DNA of 63,361 nt from a virus (taxonomy: Duplodnaviria > Caudoviricetes), in IMG/VR virus record IMGVR_UViG_3300047463_000230, positions 1 to 63,361 of that record; one strand, 5' to 3'. Position 1 is the first letter of the stretch. The number at the start of each line of letters is the position of its first letter. Positions 28,647 through 37,750 of the stretch are shown here, piece after piece. The position numbers and the translations under genes were made by a program. A model generated the notes under the pieces. That model was not told the DNA's origin, searched no databases, and saw nothing but the letters and a program-made list of their open reading frames with translations.

Positions 28647-29204
28647 ATGCTTGCAGTTGTCTTTGATACAGAAACCAACGGCTTGATATCAAACCACTCA
28701 ATCAAGCTCGAAAAGCAGCCCAGCATCATTGAGTTCTATGGCTGTTTGGCTGATCTTTCAACTGGTGAGATAAAGAGCGAGCTTGATCAGCTGATCAAGC
28801 CGCCCGCTCCACTCTTGGAAGTTGTTGCGCCCGGTGAGCGCCGGACCATAACTGAGATCACAGGCATCACCAATGAGATGCTCAATGATAAGCCGAAGTT
28901 TTCGCTTGTGGCGCCTCAAATTGCTCAGTTCATTGAACAGGCCCCGGCAGTCATTGCCCATAATGCCAGTTTCGACCGCGAAATGGTTGACATTGAATTT
29001 GAGCGCCTTGGCCAGCACCTTGTGTGGCCGAGGGTCATTTGTGCTGTTGAAGCAACGATCCATCTTAAAGGCTTTCGACTCAGCTTGACTGCGCTGCATG
29101 AGCACCTTTTCGGAGTCCCCTTTGCTGGTGCTCACCGGGCCAAGCAGGATGTTGCAGCCCTTCTGAAGTGCTGTGTTAAGCTCTATGAGGATGGAGCGCT
29201 GTGA
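28647..29204 (+). CDS. dnaQ: DEDDh 3'-5' exonuclease (Pol III epsilon-like)
   Basis: FDTETNG, AHNASFD, AHRAKQD. Confidence 0.85.
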   Translation: MLAVVFDTETNGLISNHSIKLEKQPSIIEFYGCLADLSTGEIKSELDQLIKPPAPLLEVVAPGERRTITEITGITNEMLNDKPKFSLVAPQIAQFIEQAPAVIAHNASFDREMVDIEFERLGQHLVWPRVICAVEATIHLKGFRLSLTALHEHLFGVPFAGAHRAKQDVAALLKCCVKLYEDGAL

Positions 29205-29485
29205 TGTGTTCTGACATCATCGACAAAGTCGTCAAGCAGCAGGCCCGACTAAATCACGTAGCAATGATGGCTTGCCCAAAGTGCGGCTATGCTTACTCGA
29301 AGGCCATTGATACAAATCGCGCTAAAACAATGACAGAAGTCAGGCGCAATCGCAGCTGCTTGAAATGCTCATCGCAATTCATCACATATGAGATCATCGC
29401 ATCAGACTATGCCATGCTACAATCTTTTCGGCGCTGGACAAAAGAGGAAAGCCAGCGAATTGTTGACACTCAGGAGGTCAAATGA
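29201..29485 (+). CDS. NrdR-like zinc ribbon without ATP cone
   Basis: CPKC....SKAIDT...VRRNRSCLKCSSQFITYE. Confidence 0.65.
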   Translation: MMCSDIIDKVVKQQARLNHVAMMACPKCGYAYSKAIDTNRAKTMTEVRRNRSCLKCSSQFITYEIIASDYAMLQSFRRWTKEESQRIVDTQEVK

Positions 29486-32313
29486 TCCGCTCTGGCTACA
29501 GCTTCCGCACCGCCTTCGGGCACTTGCCTGATGTTCTTAGCCGCGTCATCGAATGCGGCTATAAGGTCGCCCCGTTGGCAGATCGCTGCTCAACATTCGG
29601 CTTTGTGCGATGGACGAAGCTCTGCAAAAAATCCAACATTCGGCCAGTTTACGGGGTCGAGTTGGCAGTGACGGGCGCCTTTGGCACAAAGAAGCCAGTT
29701 GTTGATCATTGGACATTTTTGGCAGTCAACGGACTCAAGGGGATTCACAGTCTTGTTGCTCTGGCCACTGCAAATCCAGATCGCGATCCGAGCTTGAGTT
29801 ATGACCAAGCGCTGGCTGCTGAAGACGTCATAATCATAACAGGTGAAAAAGCACAACTTGATAATTTTCCCCCAGCGCCGAACCTCTATGTCGCCTTGTC
29901 GCCAGCCACGCCCAAAGGTTTCTATCGCGCCGCCAAGGCTGCCGGTCACAAGTTCATCGCTCGTAGCGATAATCTTTATCCGAGGCCAGAAGACAAGGAG
30001 ATATACCGCATTGCGCTTGGGCGGCGCTCAACGACCCAAACATACCCCCAGTACATTTTGACCAAAGATGAATGGTTCGAGGCATTGAAGTGGACTGCTG
30101 ATTCTGCTGATATTGCCGAGGCCTGGGAAAACAAGATTGCAGCCCTTGACAGCTGCAAGGCTGAGTTGCATCGCGCCGAACTTTTGAAGCCAGAGCGTCC
30201 TGACACCTTGCGCAACCTCTGTTTGGCAGGAGCCAAAAAGCTCAAGGTCAATCTCAAGAACAAAATCTATTCAGAACGGCTCAATAGGGAGTTGAAACTA
30301 ATTTCTGAGAAAAACTTTGAAGACTATTTTTACATCATTGCCGATATGATAGCTTGGGCAAAGCAGCACATGATTGTTGGTCCGGCGCGCGGGTCATCTT
30401 GCGGATCGCTTGTGTGCTATTTGCTCGGGATCACCACAATTGATCCGATACCATTCGGATTGATCTTTGAGCGCTTCATTGATATTAATCGAAAGGACTT
30501 GCCAGATATTGATATCGATTTTTCTGATGCTAGGCGCGACCTTGTGTTCAAATATGTCGAAAAGAAGTATGGGCGCGACCGCGTTGCGCGTCTCGGCACT
30601 GTTGGATTGTTCAAGCCGCGCTCGGCATTGAATCAAGCTGGCATCTCGCTCCAGATACCACGCTGGCTTGTTGAGCGGACGCTTGATGGCGTCATCGAGC
30701 GCTCCGGCGGCGATTCACGCGCCATGTTGGCGCTTGAGGACACACTTAATGGCACAGAGATGGGCCGCAAGCTGCTGGATGAATATCCGGAGGCAAGACT
30801 TGCTGGCAAGATGGAGGGGCATCCGAACAATGCATCTCAGCACGCGGCTGGTATTGTCCTGACAGAGCATCCCCTTTCTGAATATGTGGCAATTGACTCG
30901 CGCACTAATTCAGCAATGTGCGACAAGAAAGATGCTGAAGATCTCAACTTGCTGAAAATTGACGCGCTTGGGTTGACACAACTTTCGGTTTTTGAACGGA
31001 CACTTGAACTCATCGGCAAGCCTGCCCGCAGCGGGTTTCTTGAGACGCTTCCGCTTGATGATGTGAAAGCATTTGATGTTCTCAACTCAGGGCACTTCTC
31101 TGGCATATTCCAGTTTACTGGAACAGCACTAATGTCCCTGACACGACAGGTCAAGATAACAAACATCGATGACATCATCTCTATCACTGCTCTGGCTCGG
31201 CCAGGACCAATGGCAACGGGCGGCGCCAACTCCTGGGTCAAGCGTCGCAGCGGTCGCGAAAAGGTAACAACACAACACCCGATGCTGACTGAGCTCACAA
31301 AGGAGACTTATGGCATCGTTGTGTATCAGGAGACTGTAATGAACATTGCTCGCGGCATTGGGCAATTGTCCTGGGAGGATACATCCGAGTTGCGCAAGGC
31401 CATGTCTAAGAGCTTGGGTGATGAGTTCTTCAATGCTTATTGGATCAAGTTTCGTACTGGGGCGCTGGCCAATGGGCTGGAGGAAAAGACTGCTCGGGAA
31501 ATTTGGGATCAAGTCAATACCTTTGGCTCATGGGCCTTCAACAAGGCCCATGCGGTGGCTTATGGCATTGTCAGCTACTGGTGCTGTTGGCTCAAGGCCC
31601 ATCATCCGGTTGAGTTCGCTGCTGCAACACTTGATGCTGAGGCTGATCCGGCTAAACAGATCAAAATGCTACGTGAGCTTGAATCAGAAGGCGTGAAGTA
31701 CAAGCCTGTTGATCCAGATCATTCAACTGACAGATGGAGCTTCAAGACAGAAGGAGACGAGAGGATTCTTATTGGCCCAATAACATCGATCAAAGGCATT
31801 GGCCCTGCATCGATGAGGGAAATCCTCGATGCGCGGAAAAATGGCGAACCATTGCGCGCATCTTTAGCCAAGAAACTGGCTAATTGCAAAACTGAGATCG
31901 ATACACTCTATCCGATCCGTGATAGGATCAAGCAATTGCATCCTGATTTATCTGCTATAAAAATTGTCACGAAGCAGACCGATGTTATCGATGTCAGAGA
32001 TGGAGAGGAAAAAGAGGTCATGATCTTGGGAGTCGCGACTAAAATTGCGCCAGTTGATGAAAATGAAAATATTCGAGTCATGAGGCGCGGCAAGGAGGTT
32101 TCTGGCCCGTCTGCATCTCTCAATTTGTTCTTTGCTGATGACACAGATGAGGTATTTTGCAAAGTTAATCGCTTTAAATTTGAAAGCATCGGGCGAGCAA
32201 TTGTCGACCGTGGCCGGCCCGGAAAGTCCCTTTATGCAATCAAAGGTCGAACGGTCCGAACTTTCCGGATGATTGATGTCCAGCAAGTCCGCTATTTGGG
32301 AGACCTAGAATGA
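29482..32313 (+). CDS. dnaE: DNA polymerase III alpha subunit (family C)
   Basis: GPARGS, FERFI, PDIDIDF, HAAG, KIDALGL, GIFQF, RPGP, YQE, FNKAHA. Confidence 0.92.
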   Translation: MIRSGYSFRTAFGHLPDVLSRVIECGYKVAPLADRCSTFGFVRWTKLCKKSNIRPVYGVELAVTGAFGTKKPVVDHWTFLAVNGLKGIHSLVALATANPDRDPSLSYDQALAAEDVIIITGEKAQLDNFPPAPNLYVALSPATPKGFYRAAKAAGHKFIARSDNLYPRPEDKEIYRIALGRRSTTQTYPQYILTKDEWFEALKWTADSADIAEAWENKIAALDSCKAELHRAELLKPERPDTLRNLCLAGAKKLKVNLKNKIYSERLNRELKLISEKNFEDYFYIIADMIAWAKQHMIVGPARGSSCGSLVCYLLGITTIDPIPFGLIFERFIDINRKDLPDIDIDFSDARRDLVFKYVEKKYGRDRVARLGTVGLFKPRSALNQAGISLQIPRWLVERTLDGVIERSGGDSRAMLALEDTLNGTEMGRKLLDEYPEARLAGKMEGHPNNASQHAAGIVLTEHPLSEYVAIDSRTNSAMCDKKDAEDLNLLKIDALGLTQLSVFERTLELIGKPARSGFLETLPLDDVKAFDVLNSGHFSGIFQFTGTALMSLTRQVKITNIDDIISITALARPGPMATGGANSWVKRRSGREKVTTQHPMLTELTKETYGIVVYQETVMNIARGIGQLSWEDTSELRKAMSKSLGDEFFNAYWIKFRTGALANGLEEKTAREIWDQVNTFGSWAFNKAHAVAYGIVSYWCCWLKAHHPVEFAAATLDAEADPAKQIKMLRELESEGVKYKPVDPDHSTDRWSFKTEGDERILIGPITSIKGIGPASMREILDARKNGEPLRASLAKKLANCKTEIDTLYPIRDRIKQLHPDLSAIKIVTKQTDVIDVRDGEEKEVMILGVATKIAPVDENENIRVMRRGKEVSGPSASLNLFFADDTDEVFCKVNRFKFESIGRAIVDRGRPGKSLYAIKGRTVRTFRMIDVQQVRYLGDLE

Positions 32314-34007
32314 TCCGCGCTGAAGTTGCTGGTGAATTTGCCAATATCATTGGCCCATTCCCATTCCCGTTCGTCCGGTTGCTGAATGGTTTGTCCGGTC
32401 GCAAGCAGTGGAACAGCAGCAAATCAGTTCGTATCTTGGCAACAGCTGGAAATATTCGGCTGCTCAAGAGTTCTGATTATGATATTGAATGGATCGATAA
32501 AAGCGGCGATCTTGCAGCCCAGCAGGAGCTTGAGGCGCTGGCCACTCAACACTCAACAATAGAGCTTCCAAAGAGCGCCTATCAGCCCAAGATCAAGCTC
32601 TATGAATATCAGCAACGCATTCTTGCGCTGTCTTGGAACCGAACGCATTATGCATTGCTTCTTGAAATGGGCCTCGGGAAAACAGCCATTTTGCTCTCAA
32701 CGGCTGGAATGTTGCATGCTGCCGGAAAGGTGACAGGGGTGCTCGTCATCGCGCCCAAGGGCGTCCATCGCCAATGGATTGAGAGTGAAATACCCAAGCA
32801 CATGGGCGAAGGCATTCCGCTCGGCAGCGAGTTTTCTCCTGTCCACACAATCTTGTGGAAGGTTGGCGGCAACGGCATTGATGTCAATAAGGCCAACAAG
32901 CGCGGGCTGACATTCTTCGCAATGAACACTGACTCAATCAGAACAAAGGCTGGTGCTTCAGCAGCAATTCAATTTTTGAATGCCCATCATGGTAGGTCGC
33001 TTCTCATTGCAGATGAATCCCACAATTATAAGACCCCTGGAACAGACCGAACAAAAGCCCTCTTGGCCCTAGGGCAGTATGCTACCTACCGGCGGATTGC
33101 CACTGGCACACCAATCGCTAAAAATATCATTGATGCCTGGACCCAATTCAATTTCCTTGATCCTCGTATTCTTGGTCATAAATATATGACCAGCTTCCGC
33201 GCTCGCTACTGCATTATGGGCGGCTGGGAAGGCAAACAGATCATTGGTCAAAAGAACACTGAGGAGTTCTATGGTCTAATTGCTCCGCATGCTTATCGGT
33301 TGACAAAAGCCGAAGCCATTGACTTGCCCGAAAAAGATTATGTCATCAGGGAATATGAAATGGGCGAGCAGACTGCGCGGCACTACAAGGAGTTGAAGAC
33401 AACATTCATGACAGAATTAGACAATGGCTCGATTGTTGATGTCCCAACAGCAGCAGTTGCGCTGATCCGACTGCAGCAAATTGTCTGCGGATATTTGCCA
33501 ACAGAAGAAGGCATTGAGCATATCAGCAATGAGCGCATCGATCAAGTTATTGAGATCATCAAGCAGGTCAATGGCCCTGTCATCATCTGGACGCGCTTCC
33601 GGGAATCATTGCACAATCTAATCGCTGCACTCGAAAAAGAAGAAGGTGCTGGCTGCGCAGTGAACTATTATGGTGGAACATCGACTACAGATCGCCAGAT
33701 CGCAGTCAAGAGGTTCCTTGATGGTAGTGCCCGGTTTTTCGTTTCCAATCCAGCGGCCGGCGGCGTCGGGCTCAATCTTCAAGGTGAGTGTCGTAATGTG
33801 ATATACTTTGCCAACGACTTCAACTATGTCTCACGCATTCAGTCAGAAGACCGCGTCCACCGGATCGGCACCACCGGATCAGTCACCTATTTCGACTTGG
33901 TAGCGCGCAAGACGATTGACCGGATGATACTGCGCAATCTACGGGCGAAGTCAGACCTGAGCCGATTGACGTTTGACGAGATACGACAGGCAATCACAGA
34001 AATGTGA
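32310..34007 (+). CDS. SNF2-family helicase
   Basis: EMGLGKT, DESH, TGTP, GLNL, QSEDRVHRIG. Confidence 0.88.
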   Translation: MIRAEVAGEFANIIGPFPFPFVRLLNGLSGRKQWNSSKSVRILATAGNIRLLKSSDYDIEWIDKSGDLAAQQELEALATQHSTIELPKSAYQPKIKLYEYQQRILALSWNRTHYALLLEMGLGKTAILLSTAGMLHAAGKVTGVLVIAPKGVHRQWIESEIPKHMGEGIPLGSEFSPVHTILWKVGGNGIDVNKANKRGLTFFAMNTDSIRTKAGASAAIQFLNAHHGRSLLIADESHNYKTPGTDRTKALLALGQYATYRRIATGTPIAKNIIDAWTQFNFLDPRILGHKYMTSFRARYCIMGGWEGKQIIGQKNTEEFYGLIAPHAYRLTKAEAIDLPEKDYVIREYEMGEQTARHYKELKTTFMTELDNGSIVDVPTAAVALIRLQQIVCGYLPTEEGIEHISNERIDQVIEIIKQVNGPVIIWTRFRESLHNLIAALEKEEGAGCAVNYYGGTSTTDRQIAVKRFLDGSARFFVSNPAAGGVGLNLQGECRNVIYFANDFNYVSRIQSEDRVHRIGTTGSVTYFDLVARKTIDRMILRNLRAKSDLSRLTFDEIRQAITEM

Positions 34008-34033
34008 GGTGCCTTTTGCTGGAAACCCACATT

Positions 34034-34048
34034 TTAATGTACTTTTAA
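34034..34048. promoter_or_regulatory. CtrA-like box TTAA-N7-TTAA
   Basis: TTAAtgtacttTTAA in a non-coding AT-rich gap. Confidence 0.35.
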
Positions 34049-34254
34049 GCACTGTGCTTAGCTAAGTCATTGATATCATTAATGAATAAATTTACAGCTA
34101 ATTTTAGTATTTTTCTTTCTTTTCTTTTTTAAATCAGCGATAATGCGAACTGGTTCGAAAGACGAACTGGGGGTGACCTCGTGGACCTGGCTTCCCTGCC
34201 GCCCCCACATAAATAAAAACGACAGTCCAAACCGGACGGGCTATTTGACATAAT

Positions 34255-34360
34255 GGATTGCTCTTTTGCGAGGTCTAGTGACATACTAGGCTGCTTCACG
34301 CGCCCCCTCATCCCTCGGCAGTAGCCAGACATAGACGGGCAGCGACCTCGCTGGCAATCC
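34255..34360 (+). ncRNA. Candidate structured RNA (three-way junction)
   Basis: ggattgc/gcaatcc, gcgaggtc/gacctcgc, tagt-gacat-acta and gctgc/gcagc nested helices. Confidence 0.4.
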
Positions 34361-34371
34361 TTCAGCAAAAA

Positions 34372-34419
34372 GATTTCATCGCAGAGCGCCGGGTACGCCC
34401 GGCGTTTCACGATGCAATC
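34372..34419 (+). promoter_or_regulatory. Long hairpin with internal loop (RNase III-site-like)
   Basis: gatttcatcg-cag-agcgccggg-tacg-cccggcgtt-tca-cgatgcaatc. Confidence 0.45.
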
Positions 34420-34443
34420 ATGCATCTAATCAGGAGGCCAACG

Positions 34444-34851
34444 ATGAGCTCCCTCAACAAAGAAGACGCCGCGACCGTCGCCGAGCTCGACGCCCTGCGG
34501 CGCCGCGCTGCGGACCTCGACACCGAAATGGAAAATGCCATCATCAAGCGCACCATCGCCGACCTGCTGGCGGCGGGCTACTGGCTGTCAGTCCATGACG
34601 GCGGCGAAGTCACCGTGAAACACTCAACCGACAAGGACGCCATCTTCGCGGCGATGCGGACGACCGGCGAAGACTACCTGATCGCCAACAGGCAAGGTGA
34701 CGCCGCAGGCCGTCCGACGGTCTACCATGCCTGGATACGGTTCATCTACAGCAATGGGCCGGACGTGCTGGCGGACTACACCGTCAACCTGGAAAACGAC
34801 CTGACCAATGCCAATGCATTGGCCAATGCACTTGACGGCATCGGCCGCTGA
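34444..34851 (+). CDS. Early hypothetical protein
   Basis: AGGAGG RBS; GY.LSV.DG...N..DV..DY. Confidence 0.6.
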   Translation: MSSLNKEDAATVAELDALRRRAADLDTEMENAIIKRTIADLLAAGYWLSVHDGGEVTVKHSTDKDAIFAAMRTTGEDYLIANRQGDAAGRPTVYHAWIRFIYSNGPDVLADYTVNLENDLTNANALANALDGIGR

Positions 34852-34862
34852 AAGGAAACACT

Positions 34863-35168
34863 ATGCAATCGCTAATGGACCAAATGCGCAACCGTCGCGC
34901 CCGCTGGGAGCTACTGCCGACCGAACACGCACAGGAGGCCATGGCAGCATACATCGACCACGGTCGGGTGCCCAGCGACTTCCTGTCGGCAGTCCTGACC
35001 AACAACCTGCGGCGGACGTTCGAAACCGCCGACAGCATCAACCTCGCCGCCATCCACCAGTACCTGTTGTTCCTGTACAACGACGCCCCGGCCGAGTGCT
35101 GGGGGTCGCTTTCGCGGGTCGAACGCTGGGTCGCCAAGGGCGGTCTGGCCGGCTTTGATAAGGAGTAA
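34863..35168 (+). CDS. Hypothetical phage protein
   Basis: YI.HG..P.DFL.AVL.NNL...AD..N...P..CWGS. Confidence 0.6.
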   Translation: MQSLMDQMRNRRARWELLPTEHAQEAMAAYIDHGRVPSDFLSAVLTNNLRRTFETADSINLAAIHQYLLFLYNDAPAECWGSLSRVERWVAKGGLAGFDKE

Positions 35169-35173
35169 CCACC

Positions 35174-36676
35174 ATGCAATGGTCACCGCAACAATCCGCC
35201 TTCCTTGATTGGGCCGTCACAAGCTCTGGCTCATGTGTCCTTGAGGCCGTCGCAGGCGCCGGCAAGACTACCACGCTCATTGAGGCTGCCAGCCGCATGC
35301 CCGGTCAGGTCGCCATCATGGCCTACAACCGCAAGATTGCTGACGAAATACGCGGCAAGCTGGCCGACCGTGAAATTGACTGGAAAAAAGCACAAGCCAA
35401 CACCGTGCACGGCTTTGGCATGGGGGCCTATCGCAAGGCCCGCCCCAATGTCCGCGTCTATGATCGCAAGGTGGCGGATATTGTTGAAGCTCTTATTCCT
35501 GAGTCCCATCCGCTGGTGGCTTATCGGGATTCAATTGTCAAGCTGGTATCGCTGGCCAAACAGCTGGCCTATGGCATTGTCTGCCCGGCAAACAATCCAT
35601 ACCAGTGGTTTGAGATGGCTGAGCACTTCGATGTGTTTGACGACGATGACGGGTATGTTCCGAAGAATGACATCATCGATATTGCAATCGAAGCGCTTGC
35701 AGCATCGTCGCGCAATCTGGATGTGATTGACTTCGACGACATGATCTATATGCCGTTGCTGCACCGCATCAGGTTTTGGCAGTACGACGTCATCATGGTT
35801 GATGAGGCCCAGGACACCAATGCTGCTCGCCGCGCCCTTGTCCGCGCCATGCTGCGCAAGGGCGGCAGGGTCATCGCCGTCGGCGACCGCCATCAGGCAA
35901 TTTATGGGTTCACCGGTGCCGATGCTGATTCGCTTGATCTAATCGCCAAGGATTTTAACTGCAAGCAGCTGCCTCTGACCGTCAGCTACCGTTGCCCGAA
36001 GGCAGTCATTGCCTTTGCCCAGCAGTGGGTGTCTCACATTCAAGCAGCGCCGAGCGCTCCTGAAGGTGGTGCTGACAGCATTGAGATGGAAGCATTCTTG
36101 AAGCGAGATGATCTTGATGGCCGCTCAGCAGTTCTGTCGCGCACCACAAAGCCGCTGGTGTCCTTGGCCTTCAAGATGCTGCGCCAGCGGACGCCATGCC
36201 GCATCGAGGGCCGCGACATTGGGCAGCGCTTGATCAAGACAATTCAGCGCTGGAAGGTAAAGACACTAGATGGCCTTGAGGATCGGCTTGATAGTCACCT
36301 TTCAAAGATGACGACCAAGTTGCTAGCTAAAAAGCAAGAAGGGAAACTTGCAGAAGTTGAGGACATGGTGGAAACGCTGAAGGTCATCATCGACCAGTGC
36401 CGACTGGAAAAGAAGGACAAGGTGTCAGATGCAGTCGAGTACGTCGAGGCCATGTTTGCAGACGGTGTCGACCGCATTTTGACCCTGTCGACCATCCACA
36501 AGTCCAAGGGACGTGAGTGGCCTAATGTGTTTTGGTTGGACCGTATTGGCACCTGCCCAAGCAAATGGGCGCGGCAGCAGTGGCAGCAGGAGCAAGAAAA
36601 AAATCTTTGCTATGTTGCTGCGACGCGCGCTCAAGAATGCCTTTTTGACCTCCTTCCGGAAAGGAAACCCCAATGA
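35174..36676 (+). CDS. UvrD/Rep-family SF1 helicase
   Basis: AGAGKT, DEAQD, GD.HQAIYGF.GA, SYR, TIHKSKG.E, YVA.TRA. Confidence 0.88.
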   Translation: MQWSPQQSAFLDWAVTSSGSCVLEAVAGAGKTTTLIEAASRMPGQVAIMAYNRKIADEIRGKLADREIDWKKAQANTVHGFGMGAYRKARPNVRVYDRKVADIVEALIPESHPLVAYRDSIVKLVSLAKQLAYGIVCPANNPYQWFEMAEHFDVFDDDDGYVPKNDIIDIAIEALAASSRNLDVIDFDDMIYMPLLHRIRFWQYDVIMVDEAQDTNAARRALVRAMLRKGGRVIAVGDRHQAIYGFTGADADSLDLIAKDFNCKQLPLTVSYRCPKAVIAFAQQWVSHIQAAPSAPEGGADSIEMEAFLKRDDLDGRSAVLSRTTKPLVSLAFKMLRQRTPCRIEGRDIGQRLIKTIQRWKVKTLDGLEDRLDSHLSKMTTKLLAKKQEGKLAEVEDMVETLKVIIDQCRLEKKDKVSDAVEYVEAMFADGVDRILTLSTIHKSKGREWPNVFWLDRIGTCPSKWARQQWQQEQEKNLCYVAATRAQECLFDLLPERKPQ

Positions 36677-36780
36677 TCTGGGAAATCATATCAATGATCC
36701 GCGATGCAGCCGCCATTGCTCTTTTCATCGCTTGCCTTTTTCTCTATGAGATTTTGGCGAGTGGGCACCTTCCACTATAA
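36673..36780 (+). CDS. 35-aa membrane peptide
   Basis: Manual translation MIWEIISMIRDAAAIALFIACLFLYEILASGHLPL; AAGGA RBS, ATGA overlap. Confidence 0.4.
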   Translation: MIWEIISMIRDAAAIALFIACLFLYEILASGHLPL

Positions 36781-36787
36781 TTGACAA

Positions 36788-36846
36788 GGCCGAAACCGGA
36801 ACGCAAGGCGTTCCGGTCCATCCGTTAAGCGGATGCCGATGAGGCC
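36788..36846 (+). ncRNA. Type II hammerhead ribozyme, copy 1 (predicted cleavage after 36818)
   Basis: ggcc-GAAA-ccggaacgc/gcgttccgg-UC-catccg/cggatg-CCGAUGA-ggcc. Confidence 0.8.
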
Positions 36847-36884
36847 AAAGGCTCATCTATTCTAACTGCTGAAAGGAACAAACA

Positions 36885-37745
36885 ATGCAGCCAATCTACA
36901 CCAACACTGCTCGTTTCGATACTGGCCGCGCACTGACTGATGATGAGCTTTTCAAGCTTGCTCCATCAGTTTTTGCAACACAGGCACATGAAAGCCGCAG
37001 CGAGCGCTTCCGGCCGATCCCGACGATTGATGTGCTGCGCAGCTTGGAAAAAGAGGGTTTTGGCGTCGTCGGCGCCCGGCAATGCACAGTCCGTGATCCT
37101 GGCAAGGCACCGTTCACAAAGCACCTTCTCCGCATTCGGCGCATGAGCGATGAACGCAAGTACGCAGTTGGTGATACTGTTTTCGAGATGCTGATGCGAA
37201 ATGCCAATGATGGCTCCGGCGCATATGATCTGCTCGGCTCGCTGTATCGTATCCGCTGTATGAACTCAATGACTGCAAAGCTTGCCGATGTTGAAAGTGT
37301 CCGAGTTCGACACAGTGGTGATGTCCAAAGCAAAGTCATTGATGGGACATTTCGAGTGCTCGAAAGTGCAGAGCTCGCCTTGACGGCGCCAGAAAAATGG
37401 TCACAGATCAAGCTCGAAAAAGAAGAAGCATTGGCGCTGGCAACTTCAGCTCATCAAGTTCGCTTTGGCGAAAAGTCTGCAGGCCAACCCATCAGCCCTC
37501 AACGCTTGCTTCAAGCGCGGCGCAGTGGTGATTGCAGCAATGATCTTTGGACGACATTCAATGTCATTCAAGAAAATTGCATCCGTGGCGGTCAACGCAG
37601 CATTGTTGTTACTGAGGATGGCCGATACCGAAATGTTAGCACTCGGGCAATTCGAGGCATCGATCAAGACCTGAAGATAAATCGGGCATTGTGGATGCTC
37701 ACCGATCGGATGGCTGAAATCAAAGGAACTCGGTTGGTAGCCTAA
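36885..37745 (+). CDS. DUF932/DUF945-family protein
   Basis: APSVFA...HESRSERF..IPT, KHLLR, N.NDGS, D...DLWT.FN..QEN. Confidence 0.85.
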   Translation: MQPIYTNTARFDTGRALTDDELFKLAPSVFATQAHESRSERFRPIPTIDVLRSLEKEGFGVVGARQCTVRDPGKAPFTKHLLRIRRMSDERKYAVGDTVFEMLMRNANDGSGAYDLLGSLYRIRCMNSMTAKLADVESVRVRHSGDVQSKVIDGTFRVLESAELALTAPEKWSQIKLEKEEALALATSAHQVRFGEKSAGQPISPQRLLQARRSGDCSNDLWTTFNVIQENCIRGGQRSIVVTEDGRYRNVSTRAIRGIDQDLKINRALWMLTDRMAEIKGTRLVA

Positions 37746-37750
37746 TTCAA

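Noticed and set aside
34061-34080. CTAAGTCATTGAT motif reminiscent of sequences near integrative-element ends
   Set aside because: Single copy, no recombinase gene; cannot assign a function
34381-34415. GCAGAG plus hairpin resembling a permuted twister ribozyme
   Set aside because: Lacks the UAA cleavage loop and the P4 consensus
36781-36786. TTGACA directly before hammerhead 1
   Set aside because: No -10 element at a proper spacing; more likely part of the pseudoknot flank
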